Below are positions 18,333 to 27,500 of a stretch of 64,000 bases of DNA, in pieces. The stretch's first letter is position 1, and the number at the start of each line of letters is the position of its first letter. Made by a program: the position numbers and the translations under genes. The stretch is from the NCBI GenBank assembly GCA_045863855.1, contig BTVV01000027.1:1-64000 (forward strand), in the 5' to 3' direction. The notes under the pieces are model-generated. The model ran no database searches, was not told the origin of the DNA, and worked only from the letters and a program-made list of their open reading frames with translations. Source of the stretch: Planctomycetota bacterium (lineage in GTDB: Bacteria; Planctomycetota; SZUA-567; H5-PLA8).

Positions 18333-20951
18333 TTACTCAGGCGCTTCGGCTTGCTCCACTTCCACCACGAGCCGCGGGCGGAGGCTGGGGTCGGGGTTCT
18401 CGGCGAGATCGGTGGGAGGGTAAAAGCGCAGGTCGAAGTTGGGTTCGTCTTGGGCTACCTTCAGGAGCAACCCCTGGTTGGGTGTCTGTTCGGCGAGGAG
18501 TTCGCGGACGTAGATCGTCAGGTCCCACGCGCGCCAGCGTCCTTCGGTGCCGTCGAAGATCAGGGTCGCGGCGAGGTCGCCGGCGTCGTCGGGGCCGCTG
18601 GCACCGGGGCGCTGCCAGGGAACCTTGCGCTTTTCGTCGGCGTGCACCCACGTGCCGGCCTCGGGGGTCCAGGCTTTCTTGAGCGGGTAGAGGCCCAGGA
18701 TCGCCGTGCGGCTCTTGCCGCCGGACAATTGATACAGTTCCAGAACGGCGCGTTTGATGCGCGCGCCCTTTAGCGTTTCCTGCAAACCGTCGAAGCGGAT
18801 CAGGATGCGCTGCAGATCGTTAAACGATCCGGCCTTCAGCCCGGTCTGCACGTCCACGTCGGTGCGCTGCGCGTTCTTATAGTAGCGGTTGATCTGATCG
18901 ACGTGCAGGCCGACGTAATCGGGCTTAGGCTGGCGGCCGTTCTGGAAGACGACCACCTTCAGCTTCACGGCCCCGAGCTTTTTCTCGGCCTCGTCCAGTA
19001 GCGCCCGCTCCGCCTCGTTGACCAGCCGCGCGTAGGGGTGACGGAGGAGGAGTGCGCTCGTTTCACCCAGCGCGGTACGGGCCGGTTCGATCCGGTCCTC
19101 GGCGAGCGCTTGGCGCAAGGTCTGAAGCTTTTCGGCCACTTCGCGCCGGAGTTCGTCGTGGCGTTCGAGTCCGAAACGCCGCGCCCAGTGCGCAGGAACG
19201 GCAAGCCCGGCGTCGCGGTAGCGTCCGGCCAGGTTCGCGCCGGCTTGGTCGGGCGCATCGGCGCGCGAAACGAATTCCAGCGCCCAGACGGCCGGAGCCA
19301 GCTTGTCGGGCGTTTGCGCTTTGCGCAGCTTCAGAAGCGCGGATAGCCCTTCCGGCGCCAGGCGCTCCACGGGCACCAGCGTCTCGGCCTTGCCGCCCAG
19401 CTTGACGATCAGGCTGCGCCCGTCGGCTCCGGCCAAGGTGCCGGCAGCGCGTCCCGTACGCAGCGGCAGATTTACTTCCGCGCCGGCGCGTTCGCGCGCG
19501 ACTTCCAGCGCCGCATCGTACAGCGCGCGGACGAATTCGGCTTCGGCGGCGAAACGTTCCAGGGTCTCGGCCGGCTCATCCAGCCCGCCGGCGCGCAGAG
19601 CGCTCTCGGCGGGCGGGCGGCTGAGTTCAGCGGCGCGGTCCCATTGGCTTTCGCGAACGGCGGTATCCCACGCGGCGAAGAAGGTGCGCCAGGCCTGCCG
19701 CGCGGACTCTTCGCGGCGCCCTTCGGCCGCCGTACGATCGGCCGCGGCCTGCGCGAGCTTCTGCAGCGCCTCCTGCCCGGCGGCTCGAAAATCGGGTTCG
19801 AGATGCCGGCCCATTTCTTCCGCGGCCGCGCGCGCGGCCGCTTCCTGCCCGTTACGCGCCAGTTCCGTTACCGCCGCCACCCGTCCGGCCAGATCGGCTT
19901 TTTTGCGCGCTTCCAGATCGACCCTCAGCGCGGCCAGTTTGGCGCGCCCGCTCGCCTGCGCCCACACCGACCGTTCCGATAAGGCAGCCTCGGCCTGCTG
20001 CACACGCTGCACGGCTTCGCCGTAGCGGCCTTGCGCGGCAAGTTCCTGAGCCTTCTCGGCGGCTTCGCGCGCCGTCTGGCGCACTCGCGCATCGACGTAC
20101 GCCTCGTAGCGCGCCAGCGCCTCTTGCGCGGCGGCTTTGGTGCGCGCATCGCCCGCGGCGCCGAGCTGACGCAGCCGCTCGACGGCGCGTTCGGCCGAGG
20201 CCACGTTCGGCGATTCGCCGGTCAGCGTCACGACGGTTTCGACTTCATGAAGCAGAGCGTCGTTCGCATCGGGCGCGGGTGCCACCGGCCGAGGCGTGAC
20301 GGGCACGGCGGGTTCAGAGGTCGCGGCGGGTTCGACGGGCGGCGCGACATCCGGCCCGGCCGGCTGGGGAACGGCCGGAGCCGGCGTGACGGTCGATTCG
20401 CCCCCGGCCAGGAATGGCCACGCCAACAGAAAGAGCACGCAGACCGATGCAAAGCCCAAGAGCGCCCAGAGTACTTTGCGCGTCGGCTGCGGGAGGCGCA
20501 GCGGCGCTTGCATCCCGGTCTCGCCCAGCGCTTCGCCGACGGTCCTTTCGAGGACAAACGGCGGCGGCTCGGGCGGCGGCGCAGGCTTCGGCACGACGGG
20601 GGGCGCAGGAGGCGCATCGCCGCGCGCTTCGGCGGCCAATTCCTCGCGGATGGCACGGATCTCGGGCGTGGTCTTGTATTCCTGAACGGGCTCGGAGCCC
20701 GGAGGCGGGTACAACTGGAGCGGCGGATGAGCCAACTTCAAGGCCTGTACCGCGCGCAAGCGCGTGGAGCGCGCTGCGTCGAAGCGTTCGCGCAGGCGCG
20801 GATCGGTCTTTTCGAGACACAACGGACACATCGGCCCGACGTCTTCGAGTTCCTCGAAGTCCTCGGCTTCCGCTTCTTCGGGCGGAATCAGCTTGCCGCA
20901 CTTCTGGCAGTAAAGGATCGTGCCGGCCATGCGCCCCTGTATCGTGCTCAT
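18333..20951 (-). CDS. Membrane-anchored protein: N-terminal Zn ribbon, TM, helical region, C-terminal DNRLRE/CBM96-like domain
   Basis: CQKC...CPLC and one TM segment. The C-terminus reads RILIRFD...IKRAVLELY...WDLTIYVR...NQGLLLK...RPRLVV. GGAGG RBS. Confidence 0.8.
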   Translation of the reverse strand: MSTIQGRMAGTILYCQKCGKLIPPEEAEAEDFEELEDVGPMCPLCLEKTDPRLRERFDAARSTRLRAVQALKLAHPPLQLYPPPGSEPVQEYKTTPEIRAIREELAAEARGDAPPAPPVVPKPAPPPEPPPFVLERTVGEALGETGMQAPLRLPQPTRKVLWALLGFASVCVLFLLAWPFLAGGESTVTPAPAVPQPAGPDVAPPVEPAATSEPAVPVTPRPVAPAPDANDALLHEVETVVTLTGESPNVASAERAVERLRQLGAAGDARTKAAAQEALARYEAYVDARVRQTAREAAEKAQELAAQGRYGEAVQRVQQAEAALSERSVWAQASGRAKLAALRVDLEARKKADLAGRVAAVTELARNGQEAAARAAAEEMGRHLEPDFRAAGQEALQKLAQAAADRTAAEGRREESARQAWRTFFAAWDTAVRESQWDRAAELSRPPAESALRAGGLDEPAETLERFAAEAEFVRALYDAALEVARERAGAEVNLPLRTGRAAGTLAGADGRSLIVKLGGKAETLVPVERLAPEGLSALLKLRKAQTPDKLAPAVWALEFVSRADAPDQAGANLAGRYRDAGLAVPAHWARRFGLERHDELRREVAEKLQTLRQALAEDRIEPARTALGETSALLLRHPYARLVNEAERALLDEAEKKLGAVKLKVVVFQNGRQPKPDYVGLHVDQINRYYKNAQRTDVDVQTGLKAGSFNDLQRILIRFDGLQETLKGARIKRAVLELYQLSGGKSRTAILGLYPLKKAWTPEAGTWVHADEKRKVPWQRPGASGPDDAGDLAATLIFDGTEGRWRAWDLTIYVRELLAEQTPNQGLLLKVAQDEPNFDLRFYPPTDLAENPDPSLRPRLVVEVEQAEAPE

Positions 20952-21046
20952 GCGTACCGGCTCCGCCTCCCGACCCGAACGTATGACGTTTCGAGCCGGG
21001 CCGAGCGGAGCGGAAATCCGCGGACTACCCTTTGGCCAAGGCCTAA

Positions 21047-23506
21047 CTATTTCTTAGGCCAAGGCTTGCAGCAGCGCACGCCGGCGCGCGCCTGATTCAC
21101 CAGCATCGGGATCTGGCTCGCCCGGCACGAGACCGTATTGTCGCGCGTCAGCACGCTGCCGGTCCAATCGCCGCCGAAGACGATGTTGTCGGACTCATCG
21201 CCGGCCGTCCATTCGGCCATGTTTCCGGACATGTCGTAGACGCCTTCTGCTGTGCGGCAGCGTGGAAACCAGCCGGAGGGAAAAGCCGTGCGCTGCTTTT
21301 CGGGATCGAGGCCGATCGCGCAGGCGCCGGAGACGTAGGTTTCTGCGTACGGCCAGAGGCGCTGTTCGTTGCCGCGGCAGGCGCGCAGCCACTGGTGCGA
21401 ATCGCACAGCTTTTTACCCACGCTTTCGCACAATTGCCGGGCTTCCAAAAGCGTTCCTACGCCGCCGCGCGGAACCACACCCGCCCGGTTGGGATACTCG
21501 TACCGGTCGATCAGAAACGCGGGCACCTGGACACGTTCGTTGCGCACGTTGGCCACCGCCTCGCCGGCGGGGACCATGACCATGTTCAAGTCCTCGGACG
21601 AGAGCGCCAGATCCACCTTGGACTCGCTCTCGCGCGAAACCTGAAGCGTCGCTTCCTGAAGCTCGAAGCCCGGCCGCTTGAAAGTCAGCACGTAGCGCCC
21701 GGGTTCGAGGTCGTGATCCTTGATCGGAGTCCAGCCCACGAATTCGCCGCTTTCGGCGCTGGGGAGCGGGCGGTCGCGTTCGTCGGTGATCCGGCGTGCG
21801 AAGACTTCGGCCTTTTCTTTACCCGCGGTGATCGTGATGGGCCGGATGCCGATGGCTTCCTTCAGGATCGCAAGCGCTTCCTTATGTTGCAGATCCTTGG
21901 CCAAGGCCTCTTCGGCGAAGGCTTGTGCGGCCGGATAGTTGGGCGCGAGCGGAGTCTGATCGAGACTGACGAGGGGCGGGCGCAAAAAGCCGCGCGCTTT
22001 GGTGACGAAGCGCTCGACTTCCAGTTTGCGGCGGTACTCGTCGCAGACGCGCAGCCCCTCGCGCGTCTCTTCGCTTTCGGGCGCCAGCAACTGCGCGCCG
22101 CGGAAGGCGTCGTCGGTATTCTGCACCAGTCCGCGGACTTGTTCGGCCAAACCCTCGAAGCGATCCCGGTCGGCGCGAATCAGATCTTCCAGCGCTTCCT
22201 GAGCTTCCTTGAGGCCCTTGCGCCCGAGCAGCAGCTTTTCCTGGAACTGCTTCTGGCGCGTCTCGCGCGCCTCGCGCTCGGCCTGATGCGCCTGATACAG
22301 CGTATAGGCCAAGGCGCAGACGCCGAAGAGGAGCGCGGCGGATGCGGAAATCGTGACGTGCGAATGCTTCCTAGCATTGCGTAAGAACTGCCGCACCGGC
22401 CCGACCGGAGCGGCCGCGATGGGTTCGCCCGCATTGAAGCGGCGAATGTCTTCGGCCAGCGCCCGCCCGCTCTGATAGCGGCGCGGCTTTTCTTTCTCCA
22501 GGCACTTCAGGCAGATGGTCTCGATGTCCGCATGGATGCGCGGGTTGATCCGGCGCGGCGGAACGGGGTCTTCGTCCAGCACTTTGCGCAGGACAGCCAT
22601 CGTCGTCGGCCCGTCGAAGGGCGGCTGGCCGGTGAGCATCTCGTACAGGACCGCGCCGAGCGAATAAATATCGCTGGTGGGATCGACGGAAGCCAGATCG
22701 CCTTCGGCCTGTTCGGGCGACATGTACGAAGGCGTGCCCATCGTGGTGCCGGACTGCGTGATCGAAAGGTCTTCGTCAACGCGCTTGGCGAGCCCGAAGT
22801 CCATGATCCGCGCGTGGCCGAACTCGTCGACCATGATGTTCGCGGGCTTCACGTCGCGATGAATGACGCCTTGGCGGCCCGCGTGATCGAGGGCTTCGGA
22901 GCACTGTTCGGTGATCTGCAACGCGAGGCGCGGCGAGACGGGGCCGGCCTCGAGGAGATCCTTGACCGTCTGGCCTTCGACGAAGTCCATCACGAAGAAG
23001 GGCTTGCCTTCGTACTCGCCGATGGAGTGAATGGGGACGATGTTGGCGTGCTGCAAGCGCGCGGCGGCCTGCGCCTCGCGCCGGAAGCGCTTCAAATCTT
23101 CTTCGCTGGCGATCTCGCCGGCCAGGAGCACTTTGATCGCCACGTGGCGGCGCAAGATCGGGTCGAGTGCCTTGTAGACGATGCCCATGCCGCCGCGGCT
23201 GATTTCCTGGACGACTTCATACGGCCCGATTTTTTCCTGGCTGGGCTTCTTCGTCCGGGCCTCGACGGGCTTACGCAAATTGGTGTCGCCGGTGACGGTC
23301 GAATCGCCGGTGGCGGGAAGGGTGGGATGCGAACCGGTACGGCGCTGCTTGCGGTGGCTGTCGCGCTGGGCACGGCCCATGGCCATCTCGCGGCGCGCAT
23401 CGAAGTTCTGTTTGCAGCGCGAACAGGGCAATACGCGAAGCTGCTCGGGCCCCACCTTGGGGTCGATGCGTACGCTTTCGCCGCAATTGGGACACCGGAC
23501 GTCCAT
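21047..23506 (-). CDS. Ser/Thr protein kinase with Zn ribbon, TM, PEGA-like and FGE-sulfatase (SUMF1) domains
   Basis: CPNC...CSRC, RGGMGIVY, VAIK, HRDVKPAN, DFGLAK and GTPSYMSPEQ. C-terminal IDRYEYP, GVYDMSGNMAEW and GVRCC. Confidence 0.95.
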   Translation of the reverse strand: MDVRCPNCGESVRIDPKVGPEQLRVLPCSRCKQNFDARREMAMGRAQRDSHRKQRRTGSHPTLPATGDSTVTGDTNLRKPVEARTKKPSQEKIGPYEVVQEISRGGMGIVYKALDPILRRHVAIKVLLAGEIASEEDLKRFRREAQAAARLQHANIVPIHSIGEYEGKPFFVMDFVEGQTVKDLLEAGPVSPRLALQITEQCSEALDHAGRQGVIHRDVKPANIMVDEFGHARIMDFGLAKRVDEDLSITQSGTTMGTPSYMSPEQAEGDLASVDPTSDIYSLGAVLYEMLTGQPPFDGPTTMAVLRKVLDEDPVPPRRINPRIHADIETICLKCLEKEKPRRYQSGRALAEDIRRFNAGEPIAAAPVGPVRQFLRNARKHSHVTISASAALLFGVCALAYTLYQAHQAEREARETRQKQFQEKLLLGRKGLKEAQEALEDLIRADRDRFEGLAEQVRGLVQNTDDAFRGAQLLAPESEETREGLRVCDEYRRKLEVERFVTKARGFLRPPLVSLDQTPLAPNYPAAQAFAEEALAKDLQHKEALAILKEAIGIRPITITAGKEKAEVFARRITDERDRPLPSAESGEFVGWTPIKDHDLEPGRYVLTFKRPGFELQEATLQVSRESESKVDLALSSEDLNMVMVPAGEAVANVRNERVQVPAFLIDRYEYPNRAGVVPRGGVGTLLEARQLCESVGKKLCDSHQWLRACRGNEQRLWPYAETYVSGACAIGLDPEKQRTAFPSGWFPRCRTAEGVYDMSGNMAEWTAGDESDNIVFGGDWTGSVLTRDNTVSCRASQIPMLVNQARAGVRCCKPWPKK

Positions 23507-23726
23507 GCGGAATTATCCTAGCGAGGTCCGGCGGCGTCGGCCACTTGGTTAGTCGAACCTGCCAGCCGACTTGCGTTATCCCAGCGCCCGACTACAACCT
23601 ATCGGTTCGTTGAACAGGTCAAATGGCCCCGTAATCGGACGTGCCTGTGCGACTCCGAGGTGCGTAAAGCAATGATGACGCGGGCGTGTGGAATTCGGAA
23701 GAACCATTCTTAAGGAGGGGGGAACC

Positions 23727-24497
23727 ATGGCCAAGGCAAAGCAGGCGGCGACCAAGGGCGGCTCGGTCGTATTGGGCATCGATATCGGCGGGACTGGAAT
23801 CAAGGGTGCGCCGGTGGACCTTGGCAAGGGCGTGCTGACGGCCGAACGGCATCGCATTCCCACGCCGCAGCCGGCCACCCCGAAGGCGGTAGCTAGCACG
23901 GTGGCGGAGATCGTCAAGCATTTCAACTGGAAGGGTCCGGTGGGCTGCACGTTCCCGGCGGTGGTCAAAGACGGCGTGGTGCACAGCGCCGCGAACGTGG
24001 ACAAGTCCTGGATCGGCACCAACGGCCGCGACCTGATCGAGAAGGCCACCGGCTGCCCGACCGAACTGGTCAACGACGCCGACGCGGCGGGCATCGCCGA
24101 AGTCGTCTTCGGCGCCGGCAAGGGCGTGCCCGGTACCGTTCTGTTGCTGACGCTGGGCACTGGCATCGGCAGCGCGCTGTTCCTGGACGGCAAGCTGGTA
24201 CCCAACACCGAGTTGGGCCACGTTTTCTTCAAGGGGCTCGACGCCGAGAAGTACTGTGCCGAGAGCATCCGCGAAGGCGAAGAACTGTCCTGGAAGAAGT
24301 GGGGCAAGCGCGTGGACCGCTACCTGCGCCACATCGAGTTCATCATCGCTCCGGACCTGCTGATCATTGGCGGCGGCGTCTCGAAGAAAAGCGACAAGTA
24401 CTTCCGCTACTTCAACACCAAGTGCCAAGTGGTCCCCGCCAAGATGCTCAACGAGGCCGGCATTATCGGCGGCGCCCTGGTGGCGCGGAAGGGTTAA
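23727..24497 (+). CDS. ppgK: Polyphosphate/ATP glucokinase (ROK family)
   Basis: GIDIGGTGIKGAPVD, PTPQPATP, NDADAAG, TLGTGIGSA, PNTELGH and IGGGVSK motifs. AAGGAGG RBS. Confidence 0.93.
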   Translation: MAKAKQAATKGGSVVLGIDIGGTGIKGAPVDLGKGVLTAERHRIPTPQPATPKAVASTVAEIVKHFNWKGPVGCTFPAVVKDGVVHSAANVDKSWIGTNGRDLIEKATGCPTELVNDADAAGIAEVVFGAGKGVPGTVLLLTLGTGIGSALFLDGKLVPNTELGHVFFKGLDAEKYCAESIREGEELSWKKWGKRVDRYLRHIEFIIAPDLLIIGGGVSKKSDKYFRYFNTKCQVVPAKMLNEAGIIGGALVARKG

Positions 24498-24520
24498 TCG
24501 AGTTTCGTAGTGCGGATTCG

Positions 24521-24556
24521 AAGAAACGCCCCTCCTTGCGAGGGGCGTTTTCTTTT
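24521..24556. terminator. Probable bidirectional Rho-independent terminator
   Basis: AAACGCCCCTC-cttgc-GAGGGGCGTTT with A-rich and T-rich flanks, between convergent genes. Confidence 0.8.
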
Positions 24557-27500
24557 CAGGGCTTTTCGATGCGGCGGAACTTGACCGCGATATCGCCTTC
24601 GAAGGGCGGCAGTGCGAGGCCCAGGTAGTGGTCTTCGCGGAGCTTGCTCGGCTGCGCCGCGATCTGCTCCCGCTTCATCACTTCCCCCTTCACGGTATGC
24701 CAGTACTCGATCTCGTAGGTTCCGGGCAGCACGGCGTACACCTGCGCCTTCATTCCCGAATACTCCTGCGCGTTCAGCGAGTAAGGCAACTGAACGTGGT
24801 AAATCCAGGCAAAGCCTCGGGTGCGGTTCTTGAACGCCACGGCTTTGTAAGGGTGCTCGGGGCTGTCGAGGACGATCGGACCGCGGCGGAAATCCTGCCC
24901 GCGCAGGTCTTCCCCGCTCATGAAGCGGCTGGCGCCTTCGAGGTGCTGGTACGTGCCGTCGAAATGGACGTGAATCCACCACCAGTAACCGGTCTGGCCG
25001 GCCATGGGCGTCATGATGCCGCCCCATAAGCCGCAGTGCAGATCGGCTTCCAGCGATTGCCGAGTATTGCGCGTCCAGTCCCCGTATTTGTATGAGCGGC
25101 CGTGCCAGTGTCCGCCCTGCTCGCAGACCAGCACGGGCTTGCCGAAGCGCTGCATGCCTTCGAAATGATGCAGCCCGGTCTGGCCCCAATAGTAGGCGTC
25201 CAGCGCGCGGACGGCGTCCATCTTCCCGTCGGCCAGCCATGGGAATCCGGAGTACGCATTCGACTGCACGTAATCGAGGCCTTTGGCGAACTGGATGTTC
25301 TGCCCGCGCTGCGGATGCGAGATATGGGTGCCGATCAGATGCTTCCCGCAATCGAATTCCTTCATGTAGCGCGACATCTCGTCCACCCACAGCACCATCG
25401 TTTCGGGTGCGGGAAGATCCTGCGAAGGGACGTGGAGGTTGAAGCTGTTGGTCTGATATTCCTCGGTGAAATCCATCTCGCCGCAGAGCGTCCAGTCGAG
25501 GACGGATGTACTGTACCCCCAGCGCGCGGCGATGTAGCGGAGCTTGTTCTTGTAGAGCTTCTTGCCTTCGGCCTCGCTGTAGAATTCGCGCGCGCTTTTG
25601 AGCGGTCCGCCCAGTTCGGCGGCGTAGGGGCTGTTCTCCCAGTCGCTGTTGATCCCGGTGCTCACTTGCCCGTGGTTCATCAGAATAACCTGAAGGTACA
25701 CACCGCGCCGGCGCGCTTCCTCGACCAGATGGTCCATCTTCCACCCGTTGGGCTGGCTGTAGCGGCCGACACCCTGGAAGGGCGGCCAATCGCGGCGCCA
25801 TTCCAGCCCCGTCCACCAAGTCGCCATCCAGACCTTGGCCCAGTTGAGCCCGTGCTTCTGAAATGCCGCGAAGTAATCGTCGTACTGGTACGTGCCGCGG
25901 TGCCCGATGTCGCGCAGCCGCGTGTAGGCTTCCGGCGCTTCCCAATCGCCGCCGAAGTACGGTAGCTGCTCTTCGCTGGGTGTCGCCAAGTTAATCCCGA
26001 TGGGGTAGTACGGCTCTCCGTTGGAAAACTCGAACATCTTGCCGTCGCTCGCGACCCGCACGAAGCCCTTCAAGTTCGAAGCGGTGGCTTCGAAAGTCAG
26101 CTTTTCGCTGTGGGCCGCGACGGGACCGGGTTCGAAAGCCTCTTCCTGGACGCGGCGCCGCCCGTCCGCGCGCTTCCCGATGATCTCCGTGAATTGTCCG
26201 TGGTACTTGCGCCATGGCAGCGGCTGGCCGTCGGCGGTAAAGCGGTCGTCGGGAATCCAGCGTTCGCCCTTCACCAGCCACTTGCCGCCCTCTCGGACTT
26301 CGATCTTGACCGTATGCGTGCCGGTTTCTTTAGGCGCATAGCGGAGTTTCCAGTAACCTGCCATCCCGCCAGCGATGGGCATGATCTCTTCCAGTTCCAC
26401 CGTACGCGTCACCTTACGGCTCATCAGCGTGTCGATGATCGGTTTCTTGACCAGTTGGCGGTCGTAAGGTTCGTAGAAGAAGCATGGCACCCGCTCGGTC
26501 ACTCCGCTGGGCGTTTCGATCAGCGCCGTCACGTCCACCACCTCGGGGTCGTAGGGATTGGGGTAGGACTTGTTCAGGTCGAAATCGACCTCCCACTTGT
26601 CGTAGCGCTCAGATTTCAACGCCGTACCCGGCCGGAATGCGACGCGCGGGGTCACCTGCGGAATCGGGCGCGACTGTTGCTTGCCCAGCATGTGAATGTT
26701 GTCGATGTAGATGGGGCCATCGTATTTATGCATGCAGAAGAGCCGGATGCCGATTTCGCGGACGCGCGTGCGGGAATAGTCGTCCCACGGCCGCTGGTGG
26801 TTCACGGGCTTCAGCTTGTGCTTGTTCTCGCCCGAGAGATCGACCACCACGCGCGTCCAATCGCCGTTGCGCAGCAACGGATCGAGCAGCGTTTCGTACC
26901 AGAGCAGATCGCGATCGCGCAGGTGGACCATCGCGCGCATGTCGTGCGGCGCGACGTGCGGAACGTAGACGTCGAAGACCAACGATTGGAACTCGTAGAA
27001 GTTGTCGGCCTCGTTCACCTTAAACAGCAGCTCGCGGACCAGGCAGACCTGTCCGGGCATTTTGCCGCGCAAGGCCGCGCTGCGTGTGCCGTCGCTGGCT
27101 TGCCCGATATGAACGGTTAACTCCGTCCCCGGAGATAGGCGCTGCTCGGGCTTCCACAGCGTATGGTCGGGTTCTCCAGGCTCGAAGCTGTTGCGCCGCG
27201 AAGCGCCTTCGAACGGCGTGGCCCACGGATGCAGGCTCAGGATCGGGCGCCTGCCGCGCTCGGAAGCCCGTATTTCCTCGCCCCCGGCCGGCATGCCGTC
27301 CAGATTCAGATGCACCAAACCTTGCGCGGCCTCGAGTTCTTCGGCGGCGGACGCCAGAGCGGCGTGCCATTCGGGGACGCCCCGCGCGGGCAGGGTTGCA
27401 CCGAAGAGCCAACCGCCCAGCGCCGGACTGGCGCCGTACCGAGCGGCCAAGTAGCGCAACATGCGCTTCACGGAATCCCGCGCCGCCGGTTTCAGGAAGA

